Shown piece by piece: positions 10,736-20,000 of a DNA stretch of 20,000 nucleotides. Source of the stretch: Dudresnaya verticillata (taxonomy: Eukaryota). A model generated the notes under the pieces. It had not been told where the DNA came from. It saw only the letters and a program-made list of their open reading frames with translations, and made no database searches. The number at the start of each line of letters is the position of its first letter. The first letter of the stretch is position 1. Where the stretch lies: positions 2,772,011 through 2,792,010 of the forward strand of contig OZ374563.1 in assembly GCA_977862235.1 (NCBI GenBank), given 5' to 3'. The position numbers were made by a program, and so were the translations under genes.

Positions 10736-12082
10736 ATGGCGCCTGCTGCAGCTGCAGCTGCAGCTGCAACACACCTAATCTCAGCTATGTCGTCCCCACG
10801 CCACATTTTTAGCAGCGTGCTTGTGCTACAAGCGCTCCTCGTCGCCGTTATTGCCGACAGCGCGAAAGAGCGCCCCGTTCTGCAGCGCTCGAATGTGTGT
10901 CCTGTGGTACTCCGGCAGCCGCCCGCTGCGACGAGAATTACTGGTGGTGACCCAATCTCGCCGCTGTTGCGCCCATACGTCGCGTCACTGGTAACCCGGA
11001 TCGGACCAGGAGTCCGTTTATGCACAGCGACACCAGTGACCAAGCGCTATCTCATTACGGCAGCCCACTGCGCCCCGGCCCCCGGGTCTTCAGCGACTAC
11101 GTACGCTAGGTTGACCTTTGACTCGGTTTCCCCCGAGGATTCATTCTCACAAGCAGTGCCGGTTAGTCGCTGGATAACCCACCCGAACTTCGAACTAAAT
11201 GACGACAGGGTCGCCCGCCTGTTCGACATCGCAGTCGTCGAGCTCGTGGATGACCTCGAGTTTGAAAGATTCGACGCACGCACGATGCCAGTCAATGTCG
11301 CAGACAACATTCCGTTAGAGGCGTCTTTCGCCCGAATCGCTGGTTTCGGCAGGACGGCTTCCGATGGCGGATCTCCTCCTGTGAAACAGTTGAGGTTGAG
11401 ACAGGTCGATGTGCCTATTATTTCTTATGAGGATTGCGTTGAAGCCTTCACCAAATCACATACAGTACCCACAGACGAGGGCTATATCATCTGCACCGGC
11501 TACTTGGAAAGGGGGTGTGAAGGGGGCTGTGGAGGAGAGATGGGGGAACTTTATGGTAGGGTTCGAAGGGCGCTAAGTCCCGTCTACACAAGGATCTACC
11601 TGAGACCCTTGAGAATTTTCGAAGAAAAGTCCACGGCACGTACCTGTGGAGGATGCGTTGGGGACAGCGGTGGTCCTCTCATCCAGTACGACAAGAGCGA
11701 CAATCCCGTTTTAATAGGAGTGGCGGTGCGAGGCCCCAGAATCTGTGGTGATCCTCAGCCAACCGTTTTCATCCGCACTTCCAAGTTCCGCAAATGGCTC
11801 GATGACCAAATCGAGGAGGACTACGTCAAGGCCACATCCGTGCGCCCCGTCTTCGCGGACAACTCTACTATTGACGTCTCCTGCTCATGCGAGGGGCTTT
11901 CCGGAGGTGCCATTGCAGGCATTGTCATTGGTGTGCTTGTCGTCGTCGCCGCAGCTGGCGTCGCACTCCGCTGTTTCTTTATCCGAAAGCGGACATTCGG
12001 TAAGGAGGACAAAGTTGGTGGGGCTGCTCCCCCGGCACCGTCGACCATACCAGGGGTTCCTGTGCCCTACCTGCAGCCGTGA
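10736..12082 (+). CDS. Type I membrane-anchored S1 (chymotrypsin/trypsin-fold) serine protease
   Basis: Hydrophobic signal-like segment (SSVLVLQALLVAVIA), zymogen site R-ITGG, catalytic triad motifs ITAAHC / DIAV / GDSGGPL, C-terminal TM (AIAGIVIGVLVVVAAAGVAL) followed by basic RKR. The start may be 10736 or 10787. Confidence 0.9.
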   Translation: MAPAAAAAAAATHLISAMSSPRHIFSSVLVLQALLVAVIADSAKERPVLQRSNVCPVVLRQPPAATRITGGDPISPLLRPYVASLVTRIGPGVRLCTATPVTKRYLITAAHCAPAPGSSATTYARLTFDSVSPEDSFSQAVPVSRWITHPNFELNDDRVARLFDIAVVELVDDLEFERFDARTMPVNVADNIPLEASFARIAGFGRTASDGGSPPVKQLRLRQVDVPIISYEDCVEAFTKSHTVPTDEGYIICTGYLERGCEGGCGGEMGELYGRVRRALSPVYTRIYLRPLRIFEEKSTARTCGGCVGDSGGPLIQYDKSDNPVLIGVAVRGPRICGDPQPTVFIRTSKFRKWLDDQIEEDYVKATSVRPVFADNSTIDVSCSCEGLSGGAIAGIVIGVLVVVAAAGVALRCFFIRKRTFGKEDKVGGAAPPAPSTIPGVPVPYLQP

Positions 12083-13513
12083 TAACAGTGGTCACCGCCG
12101 CCACAGAGTCTGGCAAAGCTCAAAACAAGATGACTCATATCGCAACGGAAACTAGATAGTCTTTAGGGAATCCATAGTCGTGAACACATCTTCGCGGCGA
12201 GGGAAAGTAACGAAATTGTCTGAAAAGCTAGGCTGCAGATAAGCTTGTAGCCAGCACTTGCATATATTTCTATTTCTATCTAGCGTCGTCTCCCTCAAGA
12301 ACCAACATATTACAGAAATCTTCAGCTCAGCTTACTTGTGATTCAGAAGTCCACCTTCACTTTATGAGCACCACATGAATCGCAAGCAGAACCTTGAATA
12401 CCATGAAAAAGACAGGGTCCTAGAAGCTCGAGTACTCTGGCGACCGCAATCAAACCCTGGACGGATATCGCAACAGAATCGTCAGGTAGATATACATCAT
12501 GATGGTGTTTCGATAGAACTCAAGTCGTTGTGTTCACGAAAACGAGGATAGTAACACATGTGTCACCTTAATTTCTTCGTGAGCCTGGGTCGCAGAGTTA
12601 CAGGAAATGTTCAATCTTAGAAAAGAGACTAGCCCATCGGAATGGGCGTCTCGACGCAGCCGACTCTGATTGCCGTATCGTTCATTACTCGCCTGGTAAT
12701 GACATCATTCGCCCTTCACTGTTTGGCGTTTAGCATAAATCGTCGCAAGCAATCTCCCCCTCCTTGCTTCTCTCCTGCTTCTGCAATAAAGGTCTCTTTC
12801 TCTCTCTATCTCTTTCGCTCTCTTTCTCTCTGATTAGCAGCACCGGGGCTGGCTTCTGAGCACCCGCCGATACATACTGAGCATCGCCGAAGCTCGCGCT
12901 TCGCGGTTTAACGAAAAGAGTGTTTCGCGCCGCCGGTGCTTTTCTCATCTTGCGGCTGTGCTTGTGAAGCGCAACGCAGCTTGCCTACTCGCCAGTGTGG
13001 CTGGATATGTTAGGGAAAGGCTTCAGATAGTAATGTAATAAGGACAACATAATCGGGTTGCCATTTATTGGGGAGTCGACTAATGACTAGGAAGAACCAC
13101 TCATAGCACTCTGTCAAGGTCAGCCGAGGCCACACAATGCTACGGTCTCTCTCCGACACTCCCGAGCCCACAAATATTCTCGGACTCTCTCCGGCACGAG
13201 AGAAAACAAGCCGTCAAAAATGAAGAGATGTAGTAGTATAAGTACTGAGGAAAAGGATGAGGATAGAAAAAAGAGAATAGACACAATAAAAGAAGCCGGT
13301 ACTAACAATAAGTTTAAACTTACTGTGTTTTGTGAGTTTGTCAAAGTCTGCCAACGAGAAGGCAGGTGAAAGATCCGTAAGCTGCGGTTTGCGGTGGAAA
13401 TCTCGGTCCAAGAAAGGGACTGAGTCAAGCGCTGGGCAGAACGAGTGGTTCTCCGCAGTGGAGTACAGAAGCGGGCTGTTAAAGTAAGGGCGAGAAGAGT
13501 TTTAACTCGAAAT

Positions 13514-14793
13514 ATGTCAGGACGCACTAACACGGACAGGATTTCTGCCCTAGAGGGCAGTGTGACGAAGTTAACTATGGAACTGGAGAAGACCGGAGAG
13601 ACCGTGACAGAACTCCAGACTACAGTAGAGACCTTGAGAGGATCGGTCCATCAAGTCCAGAACAGTATGGTGGAGAACCATAATGCAGTTATGGAAGCCA
13701 TACTCAATAGTCAAAAACGTTCTAATGATGCCGACAGACACACTGAAGAGGCGGAAAAAGCCCGAATTGCGGAGATAAACGAAGTGCAAGGCCAAGTTGA
13801 AGATTTTTTAAATAGACTGCAAGGATTGCAGGTTGAAGGACAGAAACAAGCAACCGTAACCCAACCGACACGTGTAGGGATAGAAGAAGGAACTGATCAA
13901 AGGATTTCTATGGTTAGACCAGACACTAAACGCATGGGACATGGGGCTAATACTGTATTGCAGGGCTGTCCACATCTGACAGGCTGAAGATTTGGCAATG
14001 GAAAATGACACTAAACAATGTTTCATCGGCGGGAGACTACAATTTCCCTGCCGCAAAACAAGACTTCCAGCGGCTCCACGAGAAATTCCCATTAGAGAAG
14101 GATATTGAGAAGGAGCTTTCTATGCTGGCATTTGAAAAGTAGGCCCTGAAGCTTGCAAATGCGGTTAATCGAGAGAATCCAGATGTGGAGGCACGGACAA
14201 TGTGGTCTCTTTTAGAACAAAGTTTGTTTAATGATACACAGAAAAGTCACAGAACACTTCGTTTCTTGGCTTAAAATGGGACGAACGCAATGAATCAGTC
14301 CGGAAGTATGGTGAGCGTGTGTGTTACTGTTTTAGGCGCTTCCCATGAATACAAAACATCGCTCATTTAGGCGCAGTTTATCAAGGGGCTGTCGGGGAGA
14401 CTTCAAGCGTTCGCATTCATAACGCAAGGGGGATATGACGAGGTTGTTGCGGCTATGTCACAAATTGCTGATTCTCAAAAGCGCTCAGAGGGTCTTAAAG
14501 AAGTACAGGAGAAAAATGTTTCCGACAGTCGTGCAGCGGTTCCATCCGGTACGGAAGACCGCTTTGCTAAACTACGATGCTACATTTGTGGAATGTTGGG
14601 GCACCTTTCTTGGCAGAAAGAGAAGTTCGAAGGGGCGAAGTGTAGCAGTATGGCACCGTGTAGTAGTACCGCGCGACGAGCCAGTAGCCCGCTAAACGGC
14701 AAGGACAGCTGTCCCGTGCGCGCACACACCATAACGAGGGTAGCTCAATGGGGAGTTGGAAGAGACTTTGAGGGAAAAGGGGAAAAAGGCTAG
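13514..14793 (+). pseudogene. Decayed Ty3/gypsy-like gag relic
   Basis: N-terminal coiled-coil ORF (13514-13987), then fragments split by stops and frameshifts: LKWDERNESVRKYGERV (MHR-like, ~14271), QFIKGLSGRLQ (~14375), degenerate knuckle CYICGMLGH (~14578), PLNG near the end. No protease or RT motif was seen downstream. Confidence 0.6.
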
Positions 14794-16066
14794 CGTGCCT
14801 GAAATAAAGGGAAAAGGGGCGGCGTCACCCTAACACTCGTAGAGTACGAAGCCGTACGAGGCTAAAGCTTGTAAAGCACCTGGAAGGGGGAGTACGGTGA
14901 GCCCGTGTAGACCAAAGAAAGGGTACAGACCCGAAACCCACCGTAGGGTTCTATTCAGCAGACCCCTGCTAGTCAGGGGCGCAATAAATATGGCGAAGGC
15001 CGGAAGCGCCTTCGCCGCTATTGGTAAATCAGCCAATCAAGGCTAGCCATCTCATTGGCGCCGTGCTGTTCCCAGCAATGCCATATGGAGTGGCCAACAA
15101 TGCACCGGGCCTTACAGGGCGGCAGTATGGGCGGCGCCTTACAGGCGCATGCCACGCGCAATATTACCCGCGCATTACAGGCGCAAAACACGTGTATGTG
15201 CTTACAGCCGCTGGTGGCTCATTGTGCCACACGGTCCCCGCTCTAAAGCTGAGAGACCCGCGAATCGAGCAAGGCTGTTTCCAATTGAGGCATTGGCCCG
15301 GTTGGGGCGGACGTACAGTGGGCGTCCCAAACGGCCCGTTGAGGGCAGCTGTAACCGCCACCAAAACGCCCGTCTCGCGACGCGCGAGGGCGTCAAATCA
15401 TAGCAGGCCCATCCCGCGTCGGGTTCCCGGTCTTCACGAGAATCCATTATCGCTTTTGCGCGAAAGCCGTGAGCGGCTGCCTATTTCATGCGCGTGTGGG
15501 CGCGGGCCTATATGTAATCCGGGGTTAAGCATGGAGACGAAACGCCCAGATTAATTGCAAATCAACATTCCGTTAAGGACCGAGTCGCGCAATACGAACT
15601 ACTGTGAGGGGGTATCTCTATAGGCCAGCATTGGCCGATTCGTTTCGACTCCATGCTTAATAACGGCCTTCCTGACCCCGTGAGGGCCGACTTCATGCTT
15701 AACGGCGAATAGACACTGTGGGGCACGGAGCACACACGGTGCCGTGCTGCTTTCGGCCAACCAACACAGCAGGCGCAGTGCGCGTGTCGAGCACGCAGTG
15801 CTGATATCGATTTGCGTGCGCACGCATGCTACATCCATGGGGTCCAAAATACGAAATACAAAATCGAGAGCGGGAAAAGGGGTTATACTTCTATATTATA
15901 TAGTAACGGATTAGGTAGTTTGGGAGCAAGGATTGTTTGTACGTAAGGGAGCTACGGTTTAAGTGGAAGCTGGGGAGTAAGGTAGATAGATGCGTAGGTA
16001 CTTGGTTTAACGGGTTATGGGAGTAGCTGAGATGAAATCTAGCAAGAGTTGTACTTAATGGAGTAT

Positions 16067-16253
16067 GGGTTTAACAGTCAGCATATATAATTACCACTGG
16101 GTTTAGCGCATGAAGGGTTTAACAGTGACCGTATGTAGTTACGAATGGGTTTACCGTATGAAAGGATTAAATGTGACCAAATATAACAACCCATGGGTTT
16201 AGCGCATGGAGGAATTAACAGTGTTGGCATTCACATTGACTGTATGTAATTAC
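16067..16253 (+). repeat. Telomere-associated 48-bp degenerate tandem repeat (~4 units)
   Basis: Units start at 16067, 16115, 16163 and 16211; consensus about GGGTTTAACAGTGACCGTATGTAATTACNAATGGGTTTAGCGCATGAA. Confidence 0.85.
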
Positions 16254-16326
16254 GGGTTTAGGGGTTTAGGGGGTTTTAGGGGTTTTAGGTTTAGGGGTTT
16301 AGGGGTTTTAGGGGTTTAGGGGTTTA
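16254..16326 (+). repeat. Interstitial telomeric tract (~9 variant T3-4AG2-5 units)
   Basis: gggtttaggggtttagggggttttaggggttttaggtttaggggtttaggggttttaggggtttaggggttta, in the same orientation as the terminal array. Confidence 0.95.
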
Positions 16327-16889
16327 ATTACCCCTCCTTGGGGGATTTGGTGGGGGGGATTTTGTGCACGATTTTTTACTTGGCCGCATATCAGTCGGGG
16401 TTGCCTGTAAGCACCCCCAAACCACTGTAAATGTTCTGCGATGTGATTGGCTGGCTGAAATGGGGCTAGACTGGGCCTTGGTTGCCGCTTGAGGGGAACC
16501 CTCATGGGGTCTGACAGACGCCTAGCCTAGCAAACAGTCTTGCAAGGTTTGTAAAGGCTTGCGGGGTTCTGGATACGCGGACGGTTTTTTTTCGGAAGTG
16601 GTTTAGGTTGACCGTGTTGTAGTGCTCGGTACTTCCTTCGCTAGGCGGAACGTTTGCGTGAGTGTTGCGAGTCCGCCACTTGCGATAATGAGACTTCGTT
16701 GGAACGGTGGTGTCGTCAAGGAGAGGATCACGTGGAATGGCGGCAAGGAACTGCGCGTTGGCTATTTGAGGGGTTTACGTTGTAAGATGAAGAGACGTGG
16801 GACTTTACCGGGGTAATGGAAACCGTATGTACAGTATGGAATGCTCTCAGAGGCTTATGGATCGCGTTACGTAATTGTGGAGTCATTGC

Positions 16890-17464
16890 GAGCGAACTGG
16901 GTGGTGCGGAATCGTTTCCGGGCTCCTGGGAGGGTTTCTCAGGGTTGATAAGCTTCTTGTAGAGTGTTGGGTGTGCAGCGTGAGGGATAGGGCGTAGAAA
17001 TGCGCTAAGAGGGTCATGGTGCGAAACCCGGAATTGGGAAGGCGGGTACTAGGCTATTTGAATGTGAAGGAATGGAATTGGGGAGTACGCGTGAACGAAA
17101 CGGGGCTGCGGGGTCGTTTCGGGGCTCCTGGGGCGGTTTCTAAGGGTTGTTCAACTTCTTGTGCAGTCTCGGGCGCTCAGCGTGGGGCACGGGCTTCAGA
17201 ACTGCGAAGGCGGGTTTTAGGCGTTCAGCGTGAGGCATGGGGCTTAGAAATGCGAAGGCGGGCACTAGCCTATTTGGATGTGAAGGAACGGAATTGGGGA
17301 GTAAGCGTGAACGAAGCGGGGACTGCGGGATCGTTTCGGGGCTCCTGGGAGGGTTTCTAAGGGTTGTTCGACTTTTTGTACAGTCTCGGGCGTTCAGTGT
17401 GAGGCATGGGGCTTAGGAATGTGCTAAGAGGGTCATTGTGCGAAAGCCGGAATCGGGAAGGCGA
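16890..17464 (+). repeat. Subtelomeric ~200-217-bp tandem repeat, ~3 diverged copies
   Basis: TCGTTTC(C/G)GGGCTCCTGGG.GGTTTCT.AGGGTTG recurs near 16911, 17114 and 17331; CTATTTG.ATGTGAAGGAA.GGAATTGGGGAGTA near 17054 and 17270; GCTAAGAGGGTCAT near 17003 and 17423. Confidence 0.88.
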
Positions 17465-17987
17465 TTTGAGAGGAAACGTTAGTAATTTGCCCTGGGGCTT
17501 AACTACATGAATGGTGGATTATTCGTAACTACAGAATTGGTGGAATATGGTGCTTTCCGGGACTGAAGTGTGATGTGGGATTTTTGCTTTGCTGCTGAGG
17601 GTTCATTCGTGATGTACGCAGCCATTAATACCAATCCGTTACGGTAAGGGAGCGAGGGCCATGGCAGGGCGAGATGCCGGGATTCTGCATCGCAACCGAG
17701 GATAATGAAATTCTGGACCGGCTGCGGTGTACCCCGCAAAAATTAAAAGTTATGCCAAATTGCGTTGTTATACCGTAGTACGTGACTGACACGCAGTTGG
17801 AAGTTTCCCGAATTGTTTTGCCGTGTGAGAGAAAGGGCCGTATTTAAATGGTCGGTCAGAGAGACACCGCCGGGAAAGAGGAAACGAACAGACGGAGAAT
17901 CGCCATCACCCTGCCCTGCCCCCCCCTCACATCGCCGTTTCCCGCCTCCCCTCTCCTAGCCCGTTGTTCACATTAGAAACTCTCGCC

Positions 17988-18446
17988 ATGGAGCTGGAGA
18001 ATGTCCAGGGTCTGGACCCTGGGTTGCTGGCAGTGCTTCATGTGTATGCGAAAGGAACAATTGTTCATCCTGAACAGTGTGAGCTGCTATTCGGCCGAAA
18101 ATGGGTTGAGGAGGCTGCAGAGAATAGGAGAAGTGAACTAGAAGCCGCACTGGTGGAGGCGAAGGCGAGTCAAGCTGGTCGTGTGCAGGCTAAGCGCCAG
18201 CCGAAGGCGAATCGGGTTGGTCGTGTGGAGCGTCAGCGCTTCAAGGGACACAAAACGTCCAAGTACCAGAGAAAGCATGTATCGGGAAGTAGTACTGCAT
18301 CTGCAATTCTTTCCAGGCTCGGTAGGAATCCGTTTTTCCTTCATGCAAAGGAGGAAGCGGGAAAAATTATTCAAGCGTGGGTACGGAACCGGGTCTGCTT
18401 CCGATCTCTGGTTTCTGCTATCACCTCGAATGGGATTGGGGTTTAG
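17988..18446 (+). CDS. Hypothetical basic protein with IQ-like motif, apparently 3'-truncated by the telomere
   Basis: GCCATGG start context, 152-codon open frame with helical/basic composition, AGKIIQAWVRNRVCFR resembling IQxxxRxxxxR; the stop TAG (18444-18446) lies inside the first telomeric repeat. Confidence 0.55.
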   Translation: MELENVQGLDPGLLAVLHVYAKGTIVHPEQCELLFGRKWVEEAAENRRSELEAALVEAKASQAGRVQAKRQPKANRVGRVERQRFKGHKTSKYQRKHVSGSSTASAILSRLGRNPFFLHAKEEAGKIIQAWVRNRVCFRSLVSAITSNGIGV

Positions 18447-19987
18447 GGTTTAGGGGTTTAGGGGTTTTAGGGGTTTAGGGGTTTTAGGGGTTTTAGGGTT
18501 TTAGGGGTTTAGGGGTTTAGGGGTTTAGGGGTTTTAGGGGTTTTAGGGTTTTAGGGGTTTAGGGGTTTAGGGGTTTAGGGGTTTAGGGGTTTTAGGGGTT
18601 TAGGGGTTTAGGGGTTTAGGGGTTTAGGGGTTTAGGGGTTTAGGGGTTTAGGGGTTTAGGGGTTTAGGGGTTTTAGGGGTTTTAGGGGTTTTAGGGGTTT
18701 TTAGGGGTTTAGGGGTTTAGGGGTTTTAGGGGTTTTAGGTTTAGGGGTTTTAGGGTTTTAGGGGTTTAGGGGTTTAGGGGTTTTAGGGGTTTAGGGGTTT
18801 AGGGGTTTAGGGGTTTAGGGGTTTAGGGGTTTAGGGGTTTAGGGGTTTAGGGGTTTTAGGGTTTTAGGGGTTTTAGGGGTTTAGGGGTTTAGGGGTTTTA
18901 GGGGTTTAGGGGTTTTAGGGGTTTTTAGGGGTTTTAGGGGTTTAGGGGTTTAGGGGTTTAGGGGTTTAGGGGTTTAGGGGTTTAGGGGTTTAGGGGTTTA
19001 GGGGTTTAGGGGTTTAGGGGTTTAGGGGTTTAGGGGTTTAGGGGTTTAGGGGTTTAGGGGTTTAGGGGTTTAGGGGTTTAGGGGTTTAGGGGTTTAGGGG
19101 TTTAGGGGTTTAGGGGTTTTAGGGGTTTAGGGGTTTAGGGGTTTAGGGGTTTAGGGGTTTAGGGGTTTAGGGGTTTTAGGGGTTTAGGGGTTTAGGGGTT
19201 TAGGGGTTTAGGGGTTTAGGGGTTTTAGGGGTTTAGGGGTTTAGGGGTTTAGGGGTTTTAGGGGTTTAGGGGTTTAGGGGTTTAGGGGTTTAGGGGTTTA
19301 GGGGTTTAGGGGTTTAGGGGTTTAGGGGTTTAGGGGTTTAGGGGTTTAGGGGTTTAGGGGTTTAGGGGTTTAGGGGTTTAGGGGTTTAGGGGTTTAGGGG
19401 TTTAGGGGTTTAGGGGTTTAGGGGTTTAGGGGTTTAGGGGTTTAGGGGTTTAGGGGTTTAGGGGTTTAGGGGTTTAGGGGTTTAGGGGTTTAGGGGTTTA
19501 GGGGTTTAGGGGTTTAGGGGTTTAGGGGTTTAGGGGTTTAGGGGTTTAGGGGTTTAGGGGTTTAGGGGTTTAGGGGTTTAGGGGTTTAGGGGTTTAGGGG
19601 TTTAGGGGTTTAGGGGTTTTAGGGGTTTAGGGGTTTAGGGGTTTAGGGGTTTAGGGGTTTAGGGGTTTGGGTTAGGGGTTTAGGGGTTTAGGGGTTTAGG
19701 GGTTTTAGGGGTTTAGGGGTTTAGGGGTTTAGGGGTTTAGGGTTTAGGGGTTTAGGGGTTTAGGGGTTTAGGGGTTAGGGGTTTAGGGGTTTAGGGGTTT
19801 AGGGGTTTTAGGGGTTTAGGGGTTTAGGGGTTTAGGGGTTAGGGGTTTAGGGGTTAGGGGTTTAGGGGTTTTAGGGTTTAGGGGTTTAGGGGTTTAGGGG
19901 TTTAGGGGTTTAGGGGTTTTAGGGGTTAGGGGTTAGGGGTTAGGGGTTTTAGGGGGTTTAGGGGTTTAGGGGTTTTAGGGGTTTAGG
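18438..19987 (+). repeat. Telomere, (TTTAGGGG)n with TTTTAGGGG / TTTAGGG variants, ~1.55 kb
   Basis: Long G-rich tandem 8-mer running almost to the window end, with the G-strand oriented toward the end. Confidence 0.97.
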
Positions 19988-20000
19988 ATGAACACACAGT

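Noticed and set aside
11515..11651. Canonical GT-AG intron explaining the protease insertion
   Set aside because: Donors at 11517 or 11529 joined to AG 11650-11651 create TGA, and 11515 shifts the frame; the internal GTAGG...AAG (11556-11592, 37 nt) also shifts the frame.
12559..13080. Defined LTR and PBS for the gag relic
   Set aside because: A TG start and AATAAA are present, but there is no second copy in the window and no convincing PBS, so boundaries cannot be set.
15813..15840. Helitron 3' terminal hairpin
   Set aside because: The palindrome is present, but no CTRR terminus lies at the expected spacing on either strand.
16067..16253. CRISPR-like repeat-spacer array
   Set aside because: Units are degenerate along their whole length with no unique spacers, the context is a eukaryotic subtelomere, and no cas genes are present.
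16318..16425. Head-to-head telomere fusion
   Set aside because: Only one degenerate reverse unit (TTACCCCT) follows the tract; there is no (CCCCTAAA)n array.
16327..18446. Telomere-specific retrotransposon RT (Penelope/Athena, TRAS/SART, HeT-A-like)
   Set aside because: No RT, endonuclease or zinc-knuckle motif and no poly(A) junction in either orientation.
19988..20000. Non-telomeric tail ATGAACACACAGT
   Set aside because: Thirteen bases at the noisy end of the window, most likely an adapter remnant or miscalls. If the contig continues, the array would be interstitial, which cannot be judged here.

Overview
Eukaryotic chromosome end, with the telomeric G-strand on +. From left to right: (1) a head-to-tail tandem of a Ty1/copia LTR retrotransposon (period 6245 bp; 992-bp TG...CA LTRs at 1699-2690 and 7944-8935, the middle one shared). 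It has a half-tRNA-iMet PBS, the same in-frame TAG in RT in both copies, and its right end abuts a (TC)n microsatellite. (2) An intronless membrane-anchored S1 (trypsin-fold) serine protease gene with an in-frame 117-bp insertion bounded by 10-bp direct repeats next to the catalytic Ser. (3) A decayed Ty3/gypsy-like gag relic. (4) A layered subtelomere: 48-bp GGGTTTA-containing repeats, a short internal telomere tract (16254-16326), a ~2.1-kb block with ~200-bp repeats and an IQ-motif ORF whose stop codon is supplied by the first telomeric repeat, then ~1.55 kb of (TTTAGGGG)n. The host cannot be determined from sequence alone; a red-algal or other algal/protist origin is only an impression. 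All comparisons were made by eye plus the supplied ORF track.
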